NCBI GenBank assembly: GCA_048593225.1
Contig: CM109175.1
Location: 261,415,655-261,479,654, forward strand
Source of the DNA: Sarcophilus harrisii
Taxonomy: Eukaryota
Length of the DNA: 64,000 bases
Direction: 5' to 3'
Position numbers and translations under genes: made by a program
In this document: positions 1 to 10,297 of the stretch, piece by piece
How positions within the stretch are numbered: position 1 is the stretch's first letter
Layout: each line of letters begins with the position of its first letter
The notes under the pieces: generated by a model
The model's input: the letters and a program-made list of their open reading frames with translations, nothing else
Told to the model about the DNA's origin: nothing
Database searches by the model: none

Positions 1-1779
1 CAGACAATTTCAGAAATATTCAGTGAAGATCAATTGGAGGTAAATTAACCCATTAAAGTGGAAGGGGGAAGGGGCTGGGGAGAGGGGAAGTGTAGCTGTT
101 TCCTAAGGTCTGTGGATTCATGGGTCTAAGTGATTATTTGATCCTATAAAATTCCAATTTCATAGAATCTTATTTCCTTATAATTAAAAAAAAAATCAGT
201 TTAAAATAAACTTTCAATGCAAGTTTGAATTGGTTAACATTTTACAAAATTGCCTCAAACTTTTTAAATGTATATTCAAAGCCCTCTTCAGTGTGGTTCC
301 CCCAGGTATTCACAAATCCTCAGCTAAAGAGGATATTCAGCATTAACAATCATCCAGCAGCCCCTATTACAACTGCTCCTCTTCCCTCTTTCCTTGCTCC
401 CTCAGTCTATGCCCAGAGGCAAAAACTTTAGCTGAAAGAACAAAGAATTTGTAGTCAAAGGATCTGATTTTGGGGTCTCCTATTGTGGTTCTGTTTCTTC
501 ATAGATAAAACAAGAGGAATTTGAATTAGATGAATCTATGAAATCCCTTTCAATAGTTTTCTAGCTGTTGAAACTCTATGCTTTAAAATCCAGTTCAAGA
601 GCTCACTCCTCTATGAACTCCTCCCTGATCTTAGATCCACAGATGGAAAACCTCAAGAGTTCATCTGGTTCTTATGAAAAAAATCCAGGATCAGGGGATT
701 ACTTACTCAAGATATAATGTAAAAGGAAGAATTTGAATGCAACTGCTCCGTCTCCCCTATGTATGCTTGGAGACACACTTAGCTATTCTAAATGCACTTG
801 AATGGGCATTTTGGTTGTTTGAATAGTATTTTTAAAAAAATAACAAAATTCCCATTAATCACTTATTGTGCAAAGGAAACAATTTACTAAGCTCTTATCC
901 ACCAGTCATCCTGCACAGCTCTGGGTAGAGACATAAAAAGTAAAGCAGTCCCTGCCCTCCCATTTATAATCAATCGGAGAAACAATAACTGAGTCTAGAG
1001 GTATAATCATGATGGATGAAAACAGCCACATTTATGTTGTCCACGAAGATCTACAAAGCACTTTTACATACACAAAATATGCAAAACTTATTGGTCATTC
1101 TCAGATGGGGTGATCAAGAAAGACTACATGTAGATGTTTTAAATTGTGCCCTAAAGAAAACTAAAGATTAAGACAATTCCAATAGATGTGAAATAGAAAA
1201 TGTCATTCACATTCAAGCGGGAGAACTACGGATACTTGATGCGGATAGGATTGAACAACACTATTTCCACCTTTTTTGGTTTGCTTTTCCTTTCTCGCGT
1301 TTCCCCTCCTTTGTTTTGGTTTTTCTTTCACAACATGACTAATATACAAGTATATTTTAAATGACTGTACAAGCATGACATATCAGATTACTTGTCTTCG
1401 GGAGGGAGAAAAAAATGTGGACTCAAAATCTTAGAAAAAGGAATACTGAAAACTATCTTTACATGTAATTGGAAAAATAAAATATTAAAAAAAATTTAAA
1501 AGAAAAGGTGAGGAGGGTACAATGTGTGTAGGGATGAGAAGTAGAATTTAAAAGTTTAGATAAAAAAGATCTGTCCCCTCAAAGGCACACCACCCAACAT
1601 TTAACAAAGAGGGCTAAATACGCAGTCAAAAAAGGGTATAGATTAAGATTCTTTTTTGGCCACAAATTCCTAATGTGACTCTGATGAGTCGAACTTTCAA
1701 CATGGGTTGGATTAGCTGGCCTCATAAAACCGTTTCTAAAGCGCTGGGCTACCTCAGTTGAGCGTCCCGGGATGCACAT

Positions 1780-2552
1780 AAACACTAGAACCACTTGTCA
1801 AAAGCACAGCGGCTCTCCAGCATACCACCACAGCGCGGCTTAATCCAACCCTACTTCCCACCCAGTTCCCAGGCTCTTCCTGGCCACGCCCTCTTGCGCC
1901 AAATTCGGGCGCTAAACCCCAACCAATGAAGATGCGCGGGCAACACGCCTGGGATGCAAGAGGAAGAGCGAACAGCCAATGAGAGAACGAGATTATGTTC
2001 CAGGAAGTGAATGCCTCTGCTGGAAAGGAAGCTAATGCGTGAGACCTCGTCTCGAGGTTACGAGAATTTGGCCAATTAGAAAAAAATCAGAAGTCACGTG
2101 CTGTGGGAGCTGGGTAAAGCAACTAATCAGAGAAAGACTTTCTTGAACGCATGCCGAGGATAGGAGCGAAATCGGGAGGGCACCCCTTGGCCCAGAGGTA
2201 GCGTGATGGCCCGTGTCACCAATGGCCAGCTGGTTCTTTAGTCACGTAAAACTCCCGCAGGGACCTTCAGATCACGTGGTAGAGGCTGTCAGCGAACAGA
2301 CACCAATGAGAGGGGACGATGGTTATCTTGGGACGAAGAGAAAGGTCCGTCTGTACCAATGAGATCCTGGTGAACTTGCTGATTTCACCATCACGTGCAG
2401 CGGCTGGACGGAAAGGGGCGTCCACCTGGGAGGGAAGCTGGGTGGGGGCTTGAGGGCTGGGCGCGTGGGGCGCAGGCGCCTTGGGGACCCGGTGGCGGCG
2501 GCAGCGGCGGCGGAGGGAGCCGGGTCCCGAACCGAAGCGGGCGGTGGCAGCC
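1780..2552 (+). promoter_or_regulatory. PIP4P1: CpG-island promoter of PIP4P1/TMEM55B. It carries six CCAAT boxes (1923, 1976, 2072, 2219, 2303, 2356), three CACGTG E-boxes (2095, 2274, 2393) and one TCACGTA half-site (2243).
   Basis: GC/CpG-rich tract directly upstream of the ATG at 2553. 'CCAATGAG' and '(G/A)TCACGTG' motifs repeat on the same strand 23-37 bp apart. Confidence 0.6.
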
Positions 2553-2715
2553 ATGGCGGCGGACGGAGAGCGCTCCCCGCTCCTCTCCGAGCCCAACGAT
2601 GGCGGTGCCAGCGGCAACGGGCTGGTGGGGCCCGGCGGGGGCGGGACCGGCGCCGGGGGAGGCCTGGTTCCCTCTGCGCCGCCGTACGGATCCGGGAAAC
2701 ATGCCCCGCCTCAGG
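2553..2715 (+). CDS. PIP4P1: PIP4P1 (TMEM55B) coding exon 1: MAADGERSPLLSEPNDGG...PPYGSGKHAPPQ. Ends in phase 1; donor GTGAGC.
   Basis: Translation matches the human TMEM55B N-terminus. ATG has Kozak context gcagccATGg. Donor is CAG G|gtgagc. Confidence 0.88.
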
Positions 2716-3017
2716 GTGAGCCGAGTACCGCTTTCAGATTAGGGCCGAGAACTGACAACTAGAGGGGGCGGGACCAGGACCGAAGGTACGGGGTTGTGGT
2801 CCTCTGGCAGGACCTGTGGGAAAAGAAAAGGGGTGAGGCTCGCTGTCTTATAAAGAGGCGGGGCCTCGGGCAGGGGTGGGCGGGGCCCTTGGAAGGAGGG
2901 CAATGACTGGTTACTGAAGGAGGTTGAGGGTTATCCTGGTGGGGGTAAATAGGGCAGGACATGTGGGGGTGACATGTCTGTGATCATGGATGACCCATTC
3001 TGACCGTATTTCCACAG

Positions 3018-3208
3018 CGTTCCCTCCATTTCAGGAGGGCCACCCGGCTGTGTTGCCCGGGGAGGACCCACCACCATATTCACCCCTGACCAGTCCCGAC
3101 AGTGGCAGTGCCCCTATGATCACATGCCGAGTTTGCAATTCTCCCATCAATGTGGAAGGCAAGATGCACCAACATGTTGTTAAGTGTGGCGACTGCAACG
3201 AAGCCACA
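3018..3208 (+). CDS. PIP4P1: PIP4P1 exon 2: (A)[63 protein letters not shown]
   Basis: Acceptor tccacag|CG and donor ACA|gtgagt. Near-identical to the human protein. Confidence 0.9.
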
Positions 3209-3591
3209 GTGAGTTTCATTATCCAGGATTTTTTAGATATTTTAACTCTAGACCCCAAATTTTTCCTGATTCCTGTATATAAATCTCAGAAATTACACAA
3301 GTCTAGATATCTGTCCTTCCTTTCTCCCTTCCCAGCATCACCCAGAGTAAGTCCCAAAATTGTTCTATTTCATATCCATCTCCATTTCCCCTAGCTTTCT
3401 ACATCTGTATATTAAAAGTTCACCCCTGCTTCCCATGGTCTGTTTCCATTCTCCCCAGTATACCTTCTTTTCTTTCTAATCAGGATCCCTACCAGCTTCC
3501 TGGATTATTGCTCTTGGGCCCTCCTCAAAAGGTATGTTTGGGAGGGTTGGAATTCAGGGCTTTTGGTGCTCATCTCCCTATTATTCCTTAG

Positions 3592-3698
3592 CCAATCAAG
3601 AATGCTCCACCTGGGAAGAAGTATGTTCGGTGCCCTTGTAACTGTCTCCTCATCTGCAAAGTGACTTCCCAGCGGATTGCCTGCCCTCGGCCCACCTG
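3592..3698 (+). CDS. PIP4P1: PIP4P1 exon 3: [35 protein letters not shown](C)
   Basis: Acceptor ccttag| and donor TG|gtgaga. Conserved Cys-rich region. Confidence 0.9.
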
Positions 3699-4173
3699 GT
3701 GAGAGCAGAGAACTAGGAAAGCCAAATGAGGAGGGATGGAGACAAAAGAAGTTGTAGGGAATTTAAGAGTAAAAGAAAAAGTGGGGATAGGAAACTTGGG
3801 GAAGGGCAGACTGGTAGAACTGCAAGATTCTACAGGGGGAATTTCAGGATGTGGACAATGAAGAACTCTTCCTCCAGAATGATTCTTGGATCCATAAATA
3901 AAAGGCTTTGGGGAAAGATGAGACCCATTTAGGACTAATAGGTTATATGTAAGACTATCAGATTTGGTGATCTGAGGCCTAGACTTTATCTTTTGATCAA
4001 GGTTTATCAGTTCAGGATGGGAAAAGAGGATTTTGTGTGTAGGAAGAGGCATGTGTACACTGTCTAGGTGATATCTGAAGGGGAAGAGAAACAGTTCTTA
4101 GGATTTAAAAAGTCCTAAACTGTAGCCTTCTTTTCTCTCCCTTCTCAATCACCCCCCCTCCCCCCCAAAATAG

Positions 4174-4279
4174 TAAAAGAATCATCAACCTGGGTCCAGT
4201 ACACCCAGGACCTCTGAGTCCAGAACCACAGCCTGCAGGTGTCAGCGTCAATTGTGGCCATTGCAAGAATACCTTTCTG
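4174..4279 (+). CDS. PIP4P1: PIP4P1 exon 4: (C)[35 protein letters not shown]
   Basis: Acceptor aaaatag|T and donor CTG|gtgagt. In frame with exon 3. Confidence 0.9.
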
Positions 4280-4502
4280 GTGAGTAAGGCTGGGATGGAT
4301 TGGGAAAAGGATAGTAGACATCTATGAGAATATTCCTGTGGGTAATATGAATGTATGAAAGGTGGAGTTAATTACTGAAATTTGCCCTTTCCACTATTCA
4401 ATCCTTGTGTTTTATCCCATTGGAATCCCTTAAAGAACTTACCTCATAGAGCCTTTTTCTGCCTCTATCATAAATTGACCCCTCATCCTGTTTTTTCTAT
4501 AG

Positions 4503-4555
4503 TGGTCAGAGTTTACAGGCCGAACCTTGGCACGCTGCCCCCACTGCAAGAAAGT
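4503..4555 (+). CDS. PIP4P1: PIP4P1 exon 5: WSEFTGRTLARCPHCKK(V)
   Basis: Acceptor ttctatag| and strong donor GT|gtaagt. The phase-2 end completes the Val codon with exon 6. Confidence 0.88.
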
Positions 4556-4674
4556 GTAAGTGATTTGGAATTGATATCATAGACCTAGTTATCAGAAGGA
4601 GGGGTTGGAGATAAGGACTGTATAAGGATTATAAATGCATGACAGGTTTGCTACATATGCTTATCCCTTCACAG

Positions 4675-4765
4675 CTCTTCCATTGGGAGAAGATATCCCA
4701 GGAAAAGATGCATTTGCTGTTTCCTCCTTGGGCTACTATTGGCTGTTACTGCCACAGGCTTAGCA
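4675..4765 (+). CDS. PIP4P1: PIP4P1 exon 6: (V)SSIGRRYPRKRCICCFLLGLLLAVTATGLA (first transmembrane segment)
   Basis: Acceptor ccttcacag| and donor GCA|gtgagt. Identical to the human residues. Confidence 0.9.
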
Positions 4766-4974
4766 GTGAGTAACAAATCTCCTCTAACCCTTGTTAATCT
4801 TACTATTTTTTACTCTCTTCAAGAGAATCAAAGATTTCCTAAGCAGTTAAACAAACACACACACGAGGGTTCATCTGACAAAAGAAAGGTTAACAAGATT
4901 TTCTCTCCACAGAACAATACCAAAAAAAATGTCTTCCAAGTGGCCAGCTTGTGTAATTTTGTCTCTTTTTTTGG

Positions 4975-5085
4975 CTTTGGGGGGAGACAGTCTGAGTTAA
5001 GTGATTTGGCCAGGGTCATACAGCTAGTAAGAGTCTGAGGGCCTGATTTGAACCCAGGTTCTCCTGACTTCTAAGGCCAGTTCCT
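4975..5085. repeat. MIR/SINE1-like fragment in PIP4P1 intron 6 (…gatttggccagggtcatacagctagtaagagtctgagggcctgatttgaacccaggttctcctgacttctaagg…)
   Basis: Characteristic 'gggtcacacagctagtaag...tgaacccaggtcctcctgact' SINE body. Confidence 0.55.
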
Positions 5086-5383
5086 TTATCTTTTGCAACA
5101 TCTAGCTGTTGTAACTTTGTAACTTTGAATTATATGAGAGTAAGAACTTTGGTTTACTAGATGATTTAAAGTAGAGAGCTGCATGCTTCATGGGTTATAA
5201 CTATATCCACGAGTAGATGGTTGAACATCCCTGAAGAGTCTTGTCTTGTTTCTAATATAATTGCCTACAGGTGGGAGTCAGAGGTATAAGTGAAACTAAC
5301 TTGGATTCAGTGTCTTATCAGGTGATGGACTGACAGATTGGCACTGTGGCATTGATTCCTTTTTTTCCATATTTCTCTCCTAG

Positions 5384-5527
5384 TTTGGCACATGGAAGCA
5401 TGCCCGACAGTATGGGGGTATCTATGCAGCTTGGGCCTTTGTCATCCTGCTGGCTGTGCTCTGTCTAGGCCGGGCTCTCTACTGGGCCTGTATGAAGGTC
5501 AGCCACCCTGTCCAGAACTATTCTTGA
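5384..5527 (+). CDS. PIP4P1: PIP4P1 terminal coding exon: [47 protein letters not shown]
   Basis: Acceptor ctctcctag|. The TGA stop is at 5525-5527. The C-terminus is conserved with human. Confidence 0.9.
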   Translation, partial: FGTWKHARQYGGIYAAWAFVILLAVLCLGRALYWACMKVSHPVQNYS

Positions 5528-6186
5528 GCCCTAAGATGACCCACTAACTGTGCCTGGCCCCTCTCTAGCAGGGACAGTGACATTACAGAGGGAAATGGGA
5601 ATGTCCCCTCGGCTTCCATAAGAGGAGCCAGGCCGTTGCCCTCCTTTTCTGTAGGGGGAAAAAATGGGAAAGATCTGGGCCCTCAAAGACAAACAAGATT
5701 GGAAGGGTAGGTGGGCCACTGCTGGCTGTTTAGTCCCTTCTGAGGGCTGCCTGTGCTTGGGGTGGAATGAGAGATAAAGTATCTTTTCTCTAAGTTCTGG
5801 AAAATGGTTATAGCTCTTTTTCCTTCCTCCATCCTCTCCTAAGGGGCCATTCCTGTCCCTCAAACATTCCAGGGCAGGGTAGGGGTAGGCAGCCCTGGGA
5901 GTTCCCCTCCCTTTTGCACCCCCAGGACCTTGCTGCTGCTATTGCACTTCACCAGGGGGTAACTCTAATTTGGCTGCCCTCTTGGCCTCCTTTTCCCACC
6001 TCTTCCCATACCCTGTGGGGGTGGGGTCAGCCGCTGCTCTGTACAGTACCATGGGAACTGATGTATATATTTATTTAATGTGGGGTATGTTCCCCAGTCT
6101 GTGTTCCCTCTCCCCAAATCCTTCCTCTCATCGGCTGTGGCCGGTTTGTCTGTCTATGGGGATCAGGGGCTCATCCTGTGCTTGTA

Positions 6187-6192
6187 AATAAA
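6187..6192 (+). other. PIP4P1: AATAAA polyadenylation signal of PIP4P1 (3'UTR ~660 nt)
   Basis: First canonical AATAAA downstream of the stop. It lies ~100 bp from the APEX1 poly(A) signal on the other strand. Confidence 0.55.
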
Positions 6193-6334
6193 TGAAGTTG
6201 TGATTACCTTATTCCTTGTGTCACCTTTTTTTTGAGTGGGGGGATATATAGGAGAAAAGATTCCAGGCCTTTGTTATGAGTCCTTCCAGAAGGGACAGGA
6301 CATAAAAGACAACAAAGCTGGACCTCTATGGCTC

Positions 6335-6340
6335 TTTATT
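6335..6340 (-). other. APEX1: AATAAA polyadenylation signal of APEX1 (reads TTTATT on the plus strand)
   Basis: ~100 nt downstream (minus sense) of the APEX1 stop at 6438-6440. Confidence 0.55.
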
Positions 6341-6437
6341 CTCAAACAGATTATTTCAAAAGTAATAAACAACAGCATTCTCAAAATTAAACAGTCCTGG
6401 ATTTCTGGTTGCTGAAGAAGCAGTTTAAATTGTAGAA

Positions 6438-6955
6438 TTACAAGGCCAGTAAGAGGGTGATAGGACAATGGTCACTACCCAGGGCTTTGGACCGGATCTT
6501 ACTGTCACATAAGGCAGGGAGCAAGGATTGGGACAACAAGAAATAGTCAAGCCGCCAGCCAACATTCTTGGCTCGGGCATTCATCATGTAAGTCCAGAAG
6601 GTATAAGCATAAGCTGCCTCTGGATAGAGATGACGGAAGCTGTCAGTCAGTGGCACTGCTTGGAGCAGTTCCCCAAAACCTTGGCGTTCCTGTGGGGTAA
6701 AACCAGCATTTTTCTTGTTCCCCTTAGGATTACGCAAGTCAATCTCTTCATGGGCCACATTGAGGTCCCCACAGAGCACAAGTGGCTTTTTGGCATTTAG
6801 CCCCTTCAAAAACTTTCGAAACGCTTCATCCCATCTTTGTCGGTATTCTAGTCGAACCAGCCCCCGTCCTGCATTAGGCACATATGCTGTCACCAGCACA
6901 AACGCCTCAAACTCGGCCACTATCACCCGGCCCTCCTGATCATGCTCTTCTTCAC
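6438..6955 (-). CDS. APEX1: APEX1 terminal coding exon: (G)[49 protein letters not shown]...[17 protein letters not shown] (AP endonuclease core)
   Basis: Long minus-strand ORF, about 90% identical to the human APEX1 C-terminal half. Acceptor ccatag|GT is at 6955-6957. The stop is included. Confidence 0.92.
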
Positions 6956-7067
6956 CTATGGAATTGGACACAACAAGCCCAGAGGCCAAGCATTAGGAAG
7001 TGGAAGTGAAACACTTTCAGGGCTTAAGGAAAATAAGGGTTAGGGGCAGCAAGCTATCATGTCTCAC

Positions 7068-7260
7068 CAATGCCAAAGGTGACGTTGAGTGGGCACTGTC
7101 GAGAAAGCAGACCAACACCACTATATCCTTCTTTATCTGTGGGTGAGGACCAGTACTGGTAAGTAAGTCCAGGCAGATCCTGAAGTTCGGATGGCAGCTT
7201 GCTCTCTGAACATTTGGTTTCTTGGAGGCAAAGGATATCTGGGGCTTCTTCCTTTACCCA
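7068..7260 (-). CDS. APEX1: APEX1 coding exon: [64 protein letters not shown](G)
   Basis: Reverse-complement translation matches human APEX1 residues ~67-130. Acceptor ctgcatgcacag| and donor G|gtgaga. 193 nt. Confidence 0.88.
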
Positions 7261-7479
7261 CTGTGCATGCAGAAAAGAAGGCAGGTTATAAGGGCTCAGT
7301 CCAGCCCATCACTCTGCCTCTCCTCCAACTCATCCCAAAGCCTACGTTCCCTGAATGAGATAATGGCATTTTAAGGAGAAAATCTTGAAAAGCAGAGAAG
7401 GTAATAGGGGAAGGCTCCCCAAAGCAAGTCGGTACCCTTAAGAGCCAAGTCATCTTTCCTCCCTAAGAACCATACTCAC

Positions 7480-7664
7480 ATCCAGACCCTTTTTCTTGAT
7501 CCAGGCCCTGAGCCCATCCACATTCCAAGAGCATATCTTGAGTGTAGAAGGTTTGCCACTAGGTGAGGTCTGCTGGTCTGGGGGATCCTCATACCTGGCA
7601 GACCCTTCCCCTGTTGCCTCCTTGTCTTTTGCACCCTTCTTGGTTTTCTTAGGCTGGGGTTCTG
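7480..7664 (-). CDS. APEX1: APEX1 coding exon: (A)[61 protein letters not shown]
   Basis: Matches the human APEX1 N-terminal region. Acceptor cttttag| and donor GAT|gtgagt. Confidence 0.88.
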
Positions 7665-7890
7665 CTAAAAGTTTTATTGGGAAAGGGAATGTCAGATTTT
7701 TCAAGATGATAGCAGCTACTCTTACCTCAAGTGGCCCCGGGATAACCTGTTGACCAAGAGGTCCACCCAAAGGAAACAGACTGACACCTTTTCCCTGGAA
7801 TGGGAAAACCCTGATAAGCTGTACTTCCGTTTCCCAAGGCTCAGGCCCCAGACTGCAGGGGAGGATAAACAATCAAGGACCACGTGTTAC

Positions 7891-7960
7891 CTTTAGCCTC
7901 TGACTCCTCATCACTGATCCCATCCTTCACAGAAACTTCCTTCTTCCCTCGTTTCGGCAT
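7891..7960 (-). CDS. APEX1: APEX1 first coding exon: MPKRGKKEVSVKDGISDEESEAK(G). The ATG is at 7958-7960 (minus).
   Basis: MPKRGKK... start is conserved with human. Donor AAAG|gtaacacg. A non-coding 5' exon or exons presumably lie further up in the CpG island. Confidence 0.85.
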
Positions 7961-8938
7961 CCTCGCCCACAACAACGCCCCGCGGCCCAAGCCCCCTCTA
8001 GCCCACCGCAGCAGAATCCTGGCCCTGCGGACACAGCGAACGCAGAAGGGATAAGGCTAGAAACTGCCCAGTTTGCCAATGAAAGAAGCGGGGAAGGGGT
8101 CTCTGCCCTCGGGACGCGCCCCCTTCGGGTAAGGCTCTGGAACCCCTCCCCTCCGGGCTCCCTTCCTCCATCCCCAAATATCCCCGGATTCTCAGTCCTA
8201 GTTATTCCCCGGATCCCCAGGCCCCAGCCTATCCGCTTCCCGCAGAAAACCTCTTGGGACCGCTTCCTCGGCCCTGCGGACACTTCTAGCCCACTACTGC
8301 TCTGCAAGTACCGCCTAAAGTGGCGCGAGTCTACCCGAAGCGGACGCGACTCAGCGCGCGCTCCTCCCTACCCAGGACACAAAGAGCAGAAGGCGCGACC
8401 CCCCACGTGGCTTAGTTGGGCCTGGTCACAAGGTCCCGGAACTCGGGCTTCCGCGGAGAAGACATGGCGGGGATTGGCTGAGTCAGCGAGCCCGCCTCTC
8501 CATGTGACTCCAATGCGTAGCCTCCGGGAGGGCTTCTCCTCCGGGGCTGTCCATTCGTATGCCGCACATGCGGCGCCGCGTCCCGAGGGCAACGAGAGAC
8601 CGACGCCTGAAGAAGAGGGCAGGGGAAGTCCGCGGTCACCTAGAAGAGACTCGATGACTTGGTCATGGGGCTGAGAGGGCTAGACGCCGAACCGTCCTCC
8701 CCGGCAGCAGCTAGGGCAGACCCCGCTGGGCACAGGTCGCGGGGCGGCGTGGGGTGAGAGGAGGGGCCTCTGGCCCCGTCGCCATAGCGACGCGGGCGGG
8801 AGCAAAGGAACTGCCGCCTGACGCGCGGCGCCTCTGGCGTCCCGGTAATCCCCGCTGCCTTCTGCGCCCTCTTTTGGCCGCGGCGGTGTCGGCGGGAGCC
8901 TGATGGATGCCTGGGACCTCTAACCTCACGGCCCAGCC
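7961..8938. promoter_or_regulatory. Shared bidirectional CpG-island promoter of APEX1 (-) and OSGEP (+). It contains CACGTG (8405-8410) and an inverted CCAAT plus TGAGTCA at 8472-8488.
   Basis: ~980 bp CpG-rich interval between the divergent start codons. The head-to-head APEX1/OSGEP arrangement is conserved with human. Confidence 0.7.
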
Positions 8939-9053
8939 ATGCCCACGGTGCTTGGTTTCGAGGGTAGCGCCAACAAGATCGGCGTGGGCATCGTGAGAGA
9001 CGGAGCGGTTCTGGCTAACCCTCGGAGGACCTACCTCACCCCTCCGGGCACCG
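8939..9053 (+). CDS. OSGEP: OSGEP (Kae1) exon 1: [38 protein letters not shown](G)
   Basis: Near-identical to the human OSGEP N-terminus. Donor G|gtcagtgag. Confidence 0.92.
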
Positions 9054-9224
9054 GTCAGTGAGTCCGGGGCTGGGCGAGAGGCGGCGGGTGGGGGCGGGGG
9101 AGGGGAGGGAGGGTGCCATCTCTGCCCCTCGCGTCTCGCTCGGCCTGAGAAGTAGCCACAGCAACCCCGCCGCGGAGTTGGGCGCTAGGAGATGAGATAC
9201 TCGTGTGTTTGGTGACAGCTTGCC

Positions 9225-9300
9225 CGAGAGGTGGGGCGCGCCCCCATTTTACAGATGGAGACATTGAGGTTCAGAGAGGTGAGGTGATTTGCCCATACTC
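9225..9300 (+). repeat. MIR-family SINE core fragment (ttttacagatgg...gaggttcagagaggtgaggtgatttgccc)
   Basis: Matches the canonical MIR core 'tttacagatgaggaaactgaggcacagagaggttaagtgacttgccc'. Confidence 0.6.
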
Positions 9301-9399
9301 TTGGAGTAATGGTGACAATATTTCTTTAAAAGATAGAAAAAATAATTAACATCTATGTTTCTTGGAGTCCTTCCACAATTCCCAGACATGGTAATTATA

Positions 9400-9485
9400 A
9401 CCAGTTATGGTTCCCATTTTATAGATGTGGAAAGTGAGGCTCAGAGAGGTTGGTCATATCATTGATCACATAGCTAAGTGTCGAA
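9400..9485 (+). repeat. MIR-family SINE core fragment (ttttatagatgtggaaagtgaggctcagagaggttggtcatat...)
   Basis: Second MIR-core copy 110 bp after the first, flanking the poly-C tract. Confidence 0.6.
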
Positions 9486-9516
9486 TGGGGGGAGGGGGTT
9501 GGATCCAGGTCTAGCA

Positions 9517-9545
9517 CCCCGCCCCCCCCCCCCCGCCCCCCCCCA
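9517..9545. repeat. Homopolymer-like C-rich tract (C4GC13GC9) in OSGEP intron 1
   Basis: Direct reading: ccccgcccccccccccccgccccccccc. Confidence 0.9.
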
Positions 9546-9881
9546 AGCTGAAGGGAATTGGATTTGGAACCAGAGAACAGGATTTAGTTCAACTGATCAT
9601 GAGCAAGACACAGCCTCTGTAGACCCAGCATCTCGAGTTTTAACAAGAAGGGGCTGGACTGGATGGCTTCGACTAAATCTGTGCTCCTGGGAACTCGCGT
9701 ACAGTGCTAGAGTTCAAATCCAGATCTTTCTAACTTCTGTGGTTCTATCTGCTGTAGCTAGAACTAGAGGGTCTTTCACTCAGGGTGGTAGTATTTGCTT
9801 TTAGTCCCCGAAGAGTGAACTAGTAGGAAATTTTTGTAAAAGACCTATTACATCCAGCCCTTCTGCCCAATCCTTTGCCAG

Positions 9882-10001
9882 GGTTCCTTCCAGGAGACAC
9901 CGCCAGACACCATCGAGCTTGTGTGCTAGACCTCCTGCATGAAGCACTGACTGAAGCTGGACTCAGCCCCAAAGATATTGACTGTATTGCCTTTACTAAG
10001 G
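9882..10001 (+). CDS. OSGEP: OSGEP exon 2: (G)[39 protein letters not shown](G)
   Basis: Acceptor ttgccag| and donor G|gtatgg. Conserved with human. Confidence 0.9.
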
Positions 10002-10121
10002 GTATGGATAGAAAGTGGCCCTCAGTTTGGGAATGGGCTGAGACTTGGCTAGTTTCAAATGCCCTATTTTTGTGGACTGGTCTCTTTATATATTGCTTAT
10101 GTCTGTCCTCCTTCACTTTAG

Positions 10122-10297
10122 GTCCTGGAATGGGTGCCCCACTAGTCTCAGTGGCTATTGTTGCCCGAACTGTGGCACAATTGTGGAATAAGCCATTGGT
10201 GGCTGTGAATCATTGTGTGGGCCATATTGAGATGGGCCGCCTCATCACTGGAGCAACTAGTCCAACTGTACTCTATGTCAGTGGTGGGAATACTCAG
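10122..10297 (+). CDS. OSGEP: OSGEP exon 3: (G)[58 protein letters not shown]
   Basis: Acceptor cactttag| and donor CAG|gtacta. Conserved metal-binding HxxH region. Confidence 0.9.

Noticed and set aside
1579-1794. 71-aa minus ORF at the upstream edge of the PIP4P1 CpG island (candidate divergent gene such as PNP exon 1)
   Set aside because: Translation (MVLVFMCIPGRSTEVAQRF…) has no similarity to PNP (MENGYTYEDYK…) or any known protein. PNP probably lies outside the window.
2267-2762. Overlapping ORFs on both strands (2267-2617 -, 2391-2702 -, 2395-2742 +, 2450-2719 +, 2481-2762 +) rich in G/A/P/R
   Set aside because: They lie in the GC-rich CpG island and overlap PIP4P1 exon 1 in alternative frames. 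They have Gly/Ala/Pro/Arg-rich low-complexity translations typical of GC-rich DNA. The frame matching PIP4P1 (MAADGERS…) is the only one with homology.
3588-4052. 154-aa minus-strand ORF across PIP4P1 exon 3 and flanking intron
   Set aside because: Antisense to a well-supported PIP4P1 exon. No recognisable domain. Spans intronic sequence.
6528-6939. Plus-strand ORFs (90 aa, 74 aa) inside the APEX1 last exon
   Set aside because: Antisense frames of a highly conserved APEX1 coding exon. The minus frame has the homology.
8368-9264. Several 60-75 aa ORFs on both strands in the APEX1/OSGEP CpG island
   Set aside because: GC-rich promoter or 5'UTR sequence. Translations are low-complexity (R/G/P/A). 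They overlap the OSGEP exon 1 region in wrong frames.
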